Positions 43,689 to 55,132 of a stretch of 64,000 nucleotides of DNA are shown here, piece after piece. Every line of letters begins with the position of its first letter. Within the stretch, counting starts at the first letter, position 1. The translations under genes were made by a program, and so were the position numbers. The DNA lies in assembly GCF_009914755.1 (NCBI RefSeq), contig NC_060947.1. One strand, written 5' to 3'. The DNA is from the human T2T-CHM13v2.0 reference genome, Homo sapiens. Under the pieces are notes generated by a model. It saw only the letters and a list, made by a program, of their open reading frames with translations, was not told the DNA's origin and did not search any database.

Positions 43689-44038
43689 TCAATGTGTTAC
43701 TTTAAGTGCATTCTTTTTGGGGGAATGGCTGGGGTAAGTATAAATTTTCCTGTATGAGTGCTACTTTGTAAATGCTGCAGCTGTTAGCTTAGGCTAAGTT
43801 TAGCTGCAGTAATAAATGACTCCACAAATGTAGTGTCTTATAACCAAGGTTTACTTCTTACTCAAATTTCGTGATGGGGTCTTTATTTATATACAAAACT
43901 ATGAATATCAAAAGAGGTAATATTGAGATTTTTTTTGATAAAACCAACCAGGGAGGGATTTTTTTTTTTTTTGTAATCTGACATTATAGTATGCAACCAA
44001 CCAACTAACCAACCCAATAATAGGAAATCACCATGCTT

Positions 44039-44345
44039 AGTTGGGGCACTGTGGCTCATGCCTGTAATCCCAGAACTTCGGGAGGCTGAGTCAGGAGGAT
44101 CGCTTGAGCCCAGGAGTTTGAGACCAGCCTGGGCAACATGGCAAAACCCCATTTCTTCACAAAGTACAAAAAATTAGCCAAATATGGTGGTGCGTGCCTG
44201 TAGACCCAGCTACTCGGGAGGCTGAGGTGGGAGGATTGCCTGAGCTGGGGAGGTCAAGGCTTCAGTGAGCTGAGATTGCACCACTGCACTCTGCCCTGGG
44301 AAACAGAGTGAGACTCTGTCTCAAAAACAAAACAAAACAAAAAAA
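44039..44345 (+). mobile_element. AluJb-like
   Basis: GGATCGCTTGAGCCCAGGAG...; (CAAAA)n tail. Confidence 0.95.
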
Positions 44346-45585
44346 GTTAACCTCATTCTTTTTTTTTGATATCACACAACTTGCTTGCTTGATTTCCAGC
44401 TAAAGCCCAAAAGGAGAGAATTCACAAATAAAGCCTTCCTTTTGCTCTAGTGATCCAAGTAATGTTCACAAATTTCTGCTTTGATTTGGTAGCAGAGACC
44501 AACACATAGAGAGAAGCTCCACTTGGATTCACATTTACAGTTTTATCAGATGATGATGGATGAATTCATAGCTGTATAGTCCTACCTAACAATGCAGAAT
44601 CCAGAAGTCTGTGGGCTAAGTTCTCTGTTAACTTATCCACATCAGAGAGCGTTCATTAGGTGCATGTTTGCCGGTGGCCTTGGCACTTTTTCTGCAGAGA
44701 AAAGTTACTCTTTCAGACACACACCTCTGAAGCCCTCCAACATGTGACAGTTGACTGATCATGCATATGAGTGGATAAACTCAATCATGCATGAATAATT
44801 TCAATAAGTCAGGGATAAGGGCCAATTGTTGGAAGATGAGAGATGTTGAAATTATTGGAGTTGTTTGCTTAGATAGATTCAAGTCCAAGGAAGTGAAATC
44901 AGCTGTCAAGCCAAGGCAGGCATTATAAAATAATAGAAAAAGAAGAACAAAAAACTGAGGATAGAATTGATTAAAAGAAATTTCGAAAAGTTCCGTTGAA
45001 TTCACTTGCCTTTCACGGAATGCCAATTTTAAATCTATGGCACTTAGAAACATAAGAAAATTTAAAAAGACAAATAGAAATCAGAAAAACAACTAACACA
45101 TTTGTTAGATCAAAGAATAATTGTGAAATAAATAATAGAGCAGCTTTTGCATATAGAAAGCACTAAATGAAATTGTTAGGTATCATCCAACAATCCCATA
45201 TCATACATCAAACCATTACATGCTGGTAGAATTACAGAAGTCCACATGGAGTAAACACATTGTTTAAAAATTAGGCATACTATTGGTTGTTTCAGCTTTT
45301 TCTGTGACTGTGGCAGATGCTTGATATACTCATTAAGGTTTTCCTTTGCAATGTGACAGTTCGGGTTTCAATGAACTATATTTCCCATTCTTAATGTGGA
45401 AAAAAGACAGATTTCATTTTGCACACTGAAACTCTTTGGGTTTTTTTTTTTCCTCTGCAGATTTGCCATTAAATTAGGCTCATATTTTCATCACGAGCTC
45501 TTAGTTTCTGTTCCCCAGTAGAACTTCAAGACCTAGAGATGTGCCACCCATTAAAAACTGAATGATTCAGCATTTTTCATTTTTA

Positions 45586-45637
45586 GTTGATAAATATGCT
45601 CTTGTGGATAAATATGCTTCAGTGGATAAATATGCTG
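45586..45637. repeat. 18-bp tandem repeat x3
   Basis: GATAAATATGCT at 45589, 45607 and 45625. Confidence 0.9.
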
Positions 45638-45639
45638 CA

Positions 45640-45975
45640 TTTCCTTCCTTCTTCTTCCTCCTCCTCCTCCTTCTCCTCCTCCTTCTTTATAGAGACAGAG
45701 TCTTGCTCTGTCACCCAGGCTGGAGTGTAGTGGTGTAATCATAGCTCACTGCAGCCTCGACTTCCAGGGCTGAAGCGATCCTCCTGCCTCAGCCTGCCAG
45801 GTAGCTGGACTACAAGTGCATGCCACCATGCCTGGCTAATTTTTAAGTTTTTTTTGAAGAGATGGGGTCTCACTATTTTTCCCAGGCTGGTCTCAAGCTG
45901 CTGGCCTCAAGCAATCCTCCTGCCTCAGCCTCCCAAGGTGCTGGGATTATAGGCCTGAGCAACTGCACTTGGCCT
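45640..45975 (-). mobile_element. AluJo-like with (CCT/CTT)n-converted tail
   Basis: GAGACAGAGTCTTGC...CATAGCTCACTGCAGCCTCG...GCACTTGGCC. Confidence 0.94.
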
Positions 45976-46007
45976 TGAACTCACTTCAAAAGGAAGACAT
46001 TTATATA

Positions 46008-46121
46008 TTTTTTTGTTGTGGTAAATTACATACAACATAAAATTTACCATCTTAATCATTTTTAAATGTACAGTTTCATGGTGTAAAATACATTTATAAT
46101 GTGGTGCAACTAACACCAGCA
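46008..46121 (-). mobile_element. L1MB 3' terminal fragment
   Basis: GTGGTAAATTACATACAACATAAAATTTACCATCTTAATCATTTTTAAATGTACAG. Confidence 0.8.
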
Positions 46122-47154
46122 ACAATTTTCATTTGGACTTACATTTATTTACTTATTTTAAATTAATTGATTGTTTTTTTTAGAGACAGTGTCTCTCATT
46201 GTTGCCCAGGCATTCCTTGTTTTAGCTTCTACTCCCATCTTTTTTGGTTCACTATTTCTACCCTGACTATAACAACTTAACCCCACCATGACCTTCAATA
46301 TTCATTATACCATTTTTTACTTTATCCCCACCCCCTACATGCATTTTCCCACCTAACCAGTGCACAATCTAGAAGACAGTCTGTTATTATAATCTCTCCT
46401 TTAGAAAGAGCCTGGATACGTGAGCCCATCTCTTACTTCATTGAACTTCGTCATGGTAATAACCGTTCTAACATTCTCCTTCTCTGTTGCAGACTTCAAC
46501 TCTCTTGGGATCTTATTGTGCACCCCACATCTGTTTCTTATTCTCCAGATCTGTACCAGGGGCTGCCAAACTGCAGCCCATGGCTCAGTCCACCTTTATT
46601 TATATAAATTAATTGTTATTGGTACAGAGTTGTAAGTTACCGACTGTGGTTGGCAGCTAGCGGTGCTGGAAAAGAAGAAACAGCCACTTCGATGCATTCC
46701 CTTTAAGTCCATGACAACAAACCTCAAGTAGGTATACAATAGTACTTTAGAATCCTACTGCATTTCCCCGGGACATTCAGACAGTCTTCTGGAGAGAAGT
46801 TTCACTTTCTTTCTTTTCTTTTGAAATATCTTTTTTGCCCTTTATTCTCAGTTGATTATTGAACCTGGTTTTACTGAAGAATAGAAACAATAAAAAGATT
46901 TCATGTGGTCCTTCAGCTGCATCTCCTCATGTATATATATCAGATTCATGGATGCAGCCAGTCCTGCTGACACCTGTGCAGTGGTCCTGTCCAATGCCAC
47001 CACCTCTGTTGTGCAAACCTCCCATACTCTCTTGTGAAATAAAAAATGTCATTCTTATATTCCCCACTCTTTTCTACCCCTTTCTATCTCTTTTGCAGCC
47101 TGCCTCTGCTACTGTTAATGAGTACAAAAAGCAGTTGTTTTAAATTTATCTTTG

Positions 47155-47448
47155 ACTTTTATTTTTTTAGAGACAAGGTCTTGCTCTGCCACCCAGGCTG
47201 GAGTGCAGTGGTGTGATGATAGCTCACTGCAGCCTCAGACTCCAGGCTCAAGTGATCCTCCCACCTCGTCTCTTGAGGTAGATGGTACTACAGGTGCACA
47301 CCACCACACCTGGATGATTTTTAAATTTTTTTAGAGATCAGGTCTCACTCTGTTGCCCAGGCTGGTCTCGAACTCCTGACCTCAAGCAATCCTTCCACTT
47401 CAGCCTCCCAAAGCACTGGGATTACAAGTGTGAGCCACTGCACCCACC
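47155..47448 (-). mobile_element. AluJ
   Basis: Full reverse dimer GAGACAAGGTCTTGC...GAGCCACTGCACCCACC. Confidence 0.94.
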
Positions 47449-47449
47449 A

Positions 47450-48227
47450 AACTATAGTTAGATAGAAGGAATAAGATCTAGTGTCTGGTAGTATGTCGCA
47501 GGCTGAAAGAATGAGGGTCATGATCAACTCAGTATACCACTGGAGGCTATATGAGTAAACAGCAAACTGTTCTCGTAAATGCAGAATGTTGGCAAACTGA
47601 CAAACTGTATCTGCTGCCCAGAAGGAATGCTGAGGGCAGTCATGCCCCAAGCGCAGTGTTGCTTGTGATTAGATGCATCTGAAGCCTGTTAGGAATAATG
47701 TGAACCTGTGATCAATTAAGCAGCTGACCAGTCATTACCTCCTCCTCCCTGCTCTTTCTACCCAATAAATACGAAGGGCTGTAGAAGTTCAGGGCTGCTG
47801 CCTTTGCTCACTAGAAGCAAGGAGCCCTCCTCTTCTTCCCCAAACCTCTTCTTTAAAACAGTTTCTTTTGTCTTAAGTTTTCATTTCTACATTCGTCCCC
47901 TTTTGTTCAGTCTTGTAATGATGGTCTCAAGTAGTAACAGTAGTAACTGTTGCAGTGACGGTCTCAAGTAGTAACTGTGGCAGTCTGCCACAGTAGTACA
48001 ATCAGGTGACTATAATTAACAATAATTTATTGTTATTTCAAAATAACTAAAAGAGTGGAATTGAGATGTTTCTAACATAAAGAAATGATAAAAGCTAGAG
48101 GTGATGGGTACTCCAATTATTCTAATCTGATCATGACACATTGTATGCTTGTCTCAAAATTTCATATACACTCCATAAATATGCACATCTATTGTGTATC
48201 CATAATAGTTAAAGATAAGAAATAAAA
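47450..48227 (+). mobile_element. L1MA 3' UTR, interrupted by LTR3B
   Basis: ATAGTTAGATAGAAGGAATAAGATCTAGTG...[LTR]...GGTGACTATAATTAACAATAATTTATTG...AATAAAA. Confidence 0.88.
47494..47992 (+). mobile_element. LTR3B-like solo LTR (HERV-K HML-6 group)
   Basis: TGTCGCAGGCTGAAAGAATGAGGGTC...CCACTGGAGGCTATATGAGTAAACAGCAAACTG...CCACA; perfect 6-bp TSD GTAGTA, the length typical of betaretrovirus-like ERVs. Confidence 0.85.
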
Positions 48228-48680
48228 CTATTATTGTTGTTCTTAGTGCATAGAATACTTTTCTATCAGAGATAGCGCCAAAGGCTGTTGCTCTCTCTGT
48301 TTATTTTTTAGCTCAACTATGACCCCCCTGAGAAAGGTGTCCCTTGGTCAAGCCAGAACACTCCTCCAGACCCTTATCCTGCTTTAGAATTCTTTAAATC
48401 CCTCACCTCCCACCTGGCTTATTGTATATTTTCTTGTTCACGTGTTTGCATAGAGCTTCCCTGCAATAAAGTGAAAATTACATCCTCATAATTCAGAATA
48501 GTCCTGACTCACTACTCACGTTCAATGACTAAATGCATGGGTAGATGGAAATGTTACATTTTGTTTGTTTGTTTGTTTGCTCATCTTTTTCCAGGATGTA
48601 TTATTTTCCTTTCATTGTCATTCCATCAATTATCGATTTATATTTTTGGTATCTGATATGGTTTGTACATTTTTGGTATC

Positions 48681-49065
48681 TGATATGGTTTGGCTTTGTG
48701 TTCCCACCCAAATCTCACCTGGAATTGTAATCCCCACATGTTGGAGGAGGGGTCTGCTGGGAGGTGACTGGATCATGGGGGGACTTCCCCCTTGCTGTTC
48801 TTGTGATAATGAGTGAGTTCTTACGAGATCTGATGGTTTAAAAGTCTGTGGCACTGCCCCATTCAATCTCTTGCTCTCTCTCTCTGCCATGGTAAAGACA
48901 TGCTGGCTTTCCCTTCACTTTCTGCCATGATTATAAGTTTCCTAAGACCTCACAGCCATGCTTCCTGTACAATCTGTAGAACTGTGAGCCAATTAAACCT
49001 CTTTTCTTCATAAATTACACAGTCTCAGGTAGTTCTTTATGGCAGCGTGAGAACAGATGAATACA
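48681..49065 (+). mobile_element. MSTA-like solo LTR
   Basis: TGATATGGTTTGGC...GAATACA; perfect TSD GTATC. Confidence 0.95.
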
Positions 49066-49089
49066 GTATCCTTTAAATTTCCTTGTAGT

Positions 49090-49400
49090 TTAGTAAGGCT
49101 GGAAAGGGTAAAGGGGTAGAAGGATGAAGAGAAGTTGGTTAATAGGCACAAAACTACAGGTAGAGAGAAGAAATAAGACCCAGTGCTTGATAAATCAGCA
49201 GAGTGGCTCTACTAAACAACAATCGTCATGTATTTCAAAACAGCTAGTAGAGAATAAGTCGAATGTTCTCAGCCTAAAGATAAATGTTTAAGGTGATGGG
49301 TGTCCCAGTTACACTGATTTTATTATTACGCATTATTTGAGTGCATCAAAATATCACAGCTCCCAAAATATATGCATATATATCAATTTACAAATAGGTT
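49090..49400 (+). mobile_element. L1MA 3' UTR fragment
   Basis: GGATGAAGAGAAGTTGGTTAATAGGCACAAAACTACAG...GATAAATGTTTAAGGTGATGG. Confidence 0.8.
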
Positions 49401-49529
49401 TGAGAAAAAGAGTGCAGGAAAATATGACTCCTTTGCCTCATGTTAGGGTTAGCTTCTCAAAGACATTCCAGGCAGGATGATGTGTGAGAAAAGTATTTAA
49501 TAGTGTGAGGCAGGAGGGCATTTATTTAA

Positions 49530-49757
49530 ACATGTGTGCTCTGAGCTTAGCTTGACCTCACTTCGAAGCCCAGTTTTGCCACTTGAGAGATTCATGTCCT
49601 TAGGTCATGTTTCAAACTCCCAAAGATTTTACTGTGAAGTACCTCATGGGGCACATGACAGCTAACACCTTGTAAGAATTTGTAAAGATTAAATAAAAGT
49701 ATGTCTATAAAGCCTTCAGCTTGGTGCCAGGAACACAGTAAACACACAGCAATAAGG
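49530..49757 (+). mobile_element. MIR followed by (TA)n
   Basis: TTGTAAAGATTAAATAA...TGCCAGGAACACAGTAAACAC. Confidence 0.65.
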
Positions 49758-49764
49758 GGTGAAC

Positions 49765-49796
<32 letters not shown>

Positions 49797-50326
49797 GTAT
49801 ATTTAGCCATTATTTTTATTATTGTCATTGGCAGACAAATGTTGAAAGATGAGGTTCTTAGTGCAAGCCCTAAAATTTCATAACAATTAAAATAGAATTG
49901 TTCTTCTTTGTCATCTGTGTTATCTGCATCTTAAATGACTTGGTCGAGAAAGTTTTTATGCTTGCATTTTATTTATTTTTAATCTGAATGTGATTCTTCA
50001 ACATGGTGCTGGTGGTGAATGGTGATGACGGTGCAGTCCCACTGGGACCGACTTCATGGGTGTGTGACCACCAAGCGTCAAGCATTGTCTCGCACTCCTG
50101 CAGAGACCCGACCACATGTTTGGGGAGTATCACAGTCAGGTGCACACACCAAGTGTCAGGCATGACCCTGGGTGCCTGTGCGGGTGTGCACTTACCCACA
50201 AACACCCCCATGCCCGAGAGAGAGCACAGCAATAGATAGCAAATAAAAGCTATTCTAACAGGAATGAGGTGGTATCTCATTGTAGTTTTCATTTGCATTT
50301 CCCTGATGATTAGTTATGTGGAGCAC

Positions 50327-50743
50327 TGTCTTAGTCCATTTTTGCATTGCTATAAAGGAATACCTAAGGCTGGGTAGTTTATAAAGAAAAGAGGTTTATG
50401 TGGCTCACCATGCTTCAGGCTGTAGAAGAAGCGTGGTGCCAGCATTCACTTCTGTGAGAGCTTCAAGGAGCTTCCATGCATGGTGGAAAACGAAGGGGAG
50501 CTGGTGTGTGCAGAGATCACATGACGAGAGGGGAAGGAAAAGAGAGGGAGGAGCCAGGCTCTTTTTAACAATCAGCTCTCATGAAGACTAATAGTAGGAA
50601 CTCACCCCCTCCAAGGGCATTAACCTATTTATTTATGAGGGTCTGCCTGCGTGACACAGAAGCATCCCATTGAACCCCACCTCCAACACTGACATGCAAT
50701 GAAAACATGAGATTTGGAGGGGACAGACATCCAAATTCTAGCA
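50327..50743 (-). mobile_element. MSTB1-like solo LTR
   Basis: TGTCTTAGTCCATT...CCAAATTCTAGCA; perfect TSD AGCAC. Confidence 0.93.
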
Positions 50744-50854
50744 AGCACCTTTTCATATACCTGTTTGCCATTTGTCTTCTTTGGAAAAATGGCCCTTTAT
50801 CTGTCTGTTAATCTGGTGATTTTTTTTTCTTTTGCTATTGAGTTGCATGAGTTC

Positions 50855-51217
50855 TGATATGGTTTGGATTTGTGTCCCCATCCAAATCTCATGTCAAATC
50901 GTAATCTCCAATGTTGGAGGAGGGGCCTGGTGGGAGGTGACTGGATCATGGGGTAGATGTTCTCCTTGCTATTCTTATGATAGTGAGTGAGTTCTCATGA
51001 GATCTGGTTGTCTGAAAGTGTGTAGCACCTCCCTTTTCTCTCTTCCTCCTCGGGCCATGTAAGATGTGCCTGCATCGCCTTCACCTTCTGCCATGATTGA
51101 AAGTTTCCTGAGGTCTCCCCAGCCATGATTACTGTACAGCCTGTGGAACCATGAGCCAATTAATCTCTTTTCTTTATAAATTACCCAGTCTCAGGTATAC
51201 TAGAATGGACGAATATG
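50855..51217 (+). mobile_element. MSTA/B solo LTR
   Basis: TGATATGGTTTGGATTTG...; perfect TSD AGTTC. Confidence 0.93.
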
Positions 51218-52174
51218 AGTTCCTTTTATAATGTGTGTATTAACTCCTTAATCAGATATATAGATTGCAAATATCTTCTCCTTTGCTATAATGCTGCATT
51301 TTCACTGTGTTGATGGCTTCTTTGGTTGTGCTGTACCTTTTTACTTTGATGCAATCTTATTTGTATTCTTTTTGCTTTTGTTGCCCATCCAAAAAATTAT
51401 TGCCAAGAGCAATGTTATGGAAGTAAAAGACAAAAGATGACAAGTGCCAGTGATGAGGTGGAGGAAGCGGAATCCTTACACACTGTTGGTGGGAATGTAA
51501 ATTGGCCCAGCCATTAGGAAAAACAGTATGAAGTTTCCTCAAAAAATTAAGACAGAACTACTATAAAATCCAGCAACCTCACTACTGGGGATATATCTAA
51601 AGAAAATGAAATAAATATCTCAAAGAAACATCTGCATCTCCCATGTTCATGGCAGCATTATTTACAATAGCCTAGGTGTAGAAATAACCTAAGTGTTCAT
51701 CAGTGAACAAATGGATAAAGAAAATGCAGTGTATGTACACCGTGTCATACTCTTCAGAATCTACAAAGAAGGAAATTTGGTTCTTTGCAACAACACACAT
51801 GAAACTGGAGGATGTTACATTAAGTGAAATAAAATAGGCACAGAAAGATAAATACTGCATGTCCATTTACATGTGGAATCTAAAAAAGTTTAAATCATAA
51901 ATGCATAGAGTATGATTACCGGGAGCTGAGGGGCAGGTGAAATAAGGATATTTTGGTCAAAGGTAAAAACCTGAAGTTATGGGATGAACAAAATCTGGGA
52001 ATCGAAAGTACAGCATGGTAGTGATGAATGTGTTAAGCAATTAGCTTGTGGTCATCATCACACAATGTATACAGGTATAAAGTCATGCTGTTATACACCT
52101 TGATACAACCTTTATGTACTAAATAGTTTAGAATAACAAATTTTAAAAAGGCAAATAAAAACACTATGAGAGGT

Positions 52175-52286
52175 GGAGAGATTGAGATCACAGAAAAAAT
52201 ATATCACTTTCTTGCTTTTTTTTTTTTCACAAAAGGCCTACATTTTCTTTTGCACTGAGCCCCACTAATTATGTATCTGGCGCTGA
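52175..52286 (+). mobile_element. MER53-like hAT MITE, 3' half
   Basis: CATTTTCTTTTGCACTGAGCCCCACTAATTATGTATCTGGCGCTG. Confidence 0.55.
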
Positions 52287-52440
52287 AGACCCCATTAGGC
52301 ATTCAAGGGATCCCACACTGGACCCCCACTCCTTCAGTGACTTAGAAATGGAATCTGAAAGTTCAATAAAACACTAGTGGCTGAAAGTAGCCTCTGTATG
52401 ACGGATCCACTTGGGACATTCTCCAGCTTTAGAGAAAGGT

Positions 52441-52828
52441 AGATAATGCTCAGGTTTAGGGTATAATTGGTCCCATCAACCAGGTAGTGAGCATAACACC
52501 TGATAGGTAGTCTTTTAGTCCTCACCTCCCTCCCTGCTCTAGTAGTCCCCAGTGTCTATTGTTTCCATCTTTGTGTCGCTGTGTACTCGATGCTTAGGTC
52601 CCACTCACAAGTGAGAACGTGCAGTATTTGGTTTTCTGTTCCTGCATTAGTTCACTTAGGATAATGACCTCCAGCTGCATACATGTTCCTGCAAAGGACA
52701 TGATTTCATTCTTTTTCATGGCTGCATAGTATTTCATGATGTATATGTACCATATTTTCTTTATGCAATGTATCTTTGTAACAAACCTGTGTACCCCGAT
52801 TCTAAAATAAAAATTGAAAAAGAAAAAA
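52441..52828 (+). mobile_element. L1PB 3' end with 5' inversion
   Basis: Minus arm 52441-~52765, then plus-strand tail ATGCAATGTATCTTTGTAACAAACCTG...AATAAAAATTGAAAAAG. Confidence 0.9.
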
Positions 52829-53042
52829 GTTAATACTGCAAAAAAATGGAAACACTTATAGTGTAATGTTTTGAGAGTAACTTTGAAAAATATAAGCATT
52901 AACAAAAACTGGAAGGAAAAACTGAAAGATGTTACAGTTGGTTATTTCTCAGTGATAAGACCATGGGTAATTGCTATTTTCTTCTTCTCCAATGTGCTGC
53001 ACTGTGTATATTTTACTATTTTAATCAGAAACACAATACACC

Positions 53043-53333
53043 TTTTTTTTTTGACATGGTCTCACTCTGTCACTTAGACTGGAGTGCAGTGGCACAACCA
53101 TGGTTCACTGCAGCCTCAAACTCCTGGGCTCAAGTGATCCTCCTGTATCAGTCCCCCATGCAGCTGGGACCACAGGTGCATGCCACCATGCCCAGCTAAT
53201 TGTTTTAATTTTTTTGTAGAGATGGGGGCTCACTTTGTTACCCAGGCTGATCTTAAACTCCTGGGCTCAAGTGATCCTCCCACCTGAGCTCCCAAAGTGC
53301 TAGGATTACAGGTGTGAGCCCCTGTGCCTGGCC
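53043..53333 (-). mobile_element. AluJo-like
   Basis: Full reverse dimer ending GTGCCTGGCC. Confidence 0.94.
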
Positions 53334-54256
53334 AACAATAAACAATTTTTAAAACTGCTAAAAAAAAAAAAAGTAGAAAAACTAGAAGATGACTGATGTC
53401 CTTTTGTGAAGGCTTCTTTAGGACCTGGGTACAGGGTTGCAGAAGATCATTCAAACCCTTCTGAAGACGCTTTCGTAGAGGCATTGCAAATTTAAAGACC
53501 CAAAGAAAGGTCTTGAATGCAAGTCCTTTTCAAGGAAGTCTCAGGAAGGCTTTGGTTTCTGCAGTCCCTGCTGTAAAACACTGGCTTTAACGAGAATGCT
53601 GTGACACTTTATGTGGTCTCACATGAGTAGCAAATGTTTGCACTTCCCTTAACACCTGCCTGTTCTCTGACCCAGTTGGCATTTGGTAATGGGAGAATTT
53701 TTAGTTCCTTTAAAACAGGAGCCTCGTTGAATACAGTGCCTGAGTGCAGTGCCAGCAAAATTCATAGCACCACCGCATTCCATATTCTGTGAGCGGCAGC
53801 CTATTAATGGCAGTATTGAGAATAAGAGGCATGTAAATCAGCCTAGAAGTGGATGATCTTGAGTTTCACCGTGTTTTGCAGAGACTCATTGGGACAATGT
53901 GCCACAGGGAATAATCTGCACTGATTCTGATACTGGGGCATAATGTGAATCTATTTTCATTCCACAGAGGTATGCCAGCATCACTCTGATCAGGAATCAC
54001 TTTTTGGCTACATATTTACAATGTTTTAGTACATTGCATTCCCCAAGCAGATGATACAGTCTTCAATTCAAACTTTATTGCATGGACATAATGTATCCCT
54101 TGAAGCTTATCTGGCATGTGGCATTTTTAAAACGTAGGTGCCTAATAAATATTCATTAAATGTTGAATGGACGTTGAATTGAAGGTCTTCCTTTTGTGAA
54201 GTTACCCAATGCATGTCACATTACAGATCTGTATGTTTCCTAAAATCACTGATAAC

Positions 54257-54629
54257 TTTTTTCTTTTCCATTAAAAGAAAATTTAGATTCAAGAGGTACG
54301 TGTGCTTGTTTGTTACACGGTATATTACATACGGGTAGGGTTTGGATTCCTAGTGTACCCCAAAACTCAAATAGTGAGCTTTGTACCAGTTTGATAATTT
54401 TTCAACCCTCACCTCCTTCACATCCTCCCTTCTTTTGGAATCCCCGGAGTCTAGTGTTCCCAGCTTTGTGTCTGTGTGTACCTATCGTTTAGCTCCCACT
54501 TATAAGTGAAAGCATGCAGTGTTTGGTTTTCTGTGTCTGACTTAGTTCACTTAGGATAATAACCTCCAGCTCCAGCCATGTTGCTGCAAAGAACATGATT
54601 TGTTCTTTTTTATGTCAGTATAGTATCCC
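54257..54629 (-). mobile_element. L1PB 3' end
   Basis: TTTAGATTCAAGAGGTACGTGTGC...; degenerate TSD AAAATCACTGATAA / AAAATCAGTGATCA. Confidence 0.9.
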
Positions 54630-54834
54630 CCGGAAAATCAGTGATCATTGATCTGAACTCAGTATGTGTGCGTGTGTCAGTGCTACTGGCTTTTAATCAA
54701 TGCAATTGTACTGATTCCCTCTTTCCATCACCAGCCATCTTACATCATTTTCAATATTTGCAACTTCTTCACAAATGCAAAAATATTTATCTTTAGGTCT
54801 ATCCACATTTCATTTTTTATTATTATCCATATTT

Positions 54835-55132
54835 CATTTTTTATTATTTTTATTTTTTGAGATGGAGTCTCGCTCTGTCTCCCAGCTTGGGTGCCATCTT
54901 GGCTCACTACAAACCTCCACCTCCTGGGTTCAAGTGATTTTTCTGCCTCAGCCTCCTGAGTAGCTGGGATTACAGGCACCTGCCACCACACCCAGCTAAT
55001 TTTTGTATTTTTAGTAGAGACGGGGTTTCACCATGTTGGCCAGGCTGGTCTCGAACTCTTGACCTCAGGTGATCTGCCCATCTCGGCCTCCCAAAGTGCT
55101 GGGATTACAGGCATGCGCCACCGCGCCTGGCC
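54835..55132 (-). mobile_element. AluSx-like
   Basis: GACCTCAGGTGATC diagnostic; TSD TATCCACAT. Confidence 0.95.

Larger units (their letters stand above)
50241..52160 (+). mobile_element. L1MA with 5' inversion (minus arm 50241-~51423, plus arm ~51424-52160) carrying two nested MST LTRs
   Basis: The arms are contiguous in the L1 consensus (…CCTGTTAGAATAGCTTTTATT | TAAAAGACAAAAGATGACAAGTG…); candidate TSD GCAAATAAAA. Confidence 0.88.

Noticed and set aside
46170-46625. Tiny Alu fragment and possible MER58 start
   Set aside because: Too short and diverged to call confidently.
50003-50239. VVNGDDGAVP resembling a chymotrypsin-family N-terminus (VVNGEDAVP)
   Set aside because: Similarity stops after ~10 residues, with no WPWQVSL or CGG motifs; likely coincidence.
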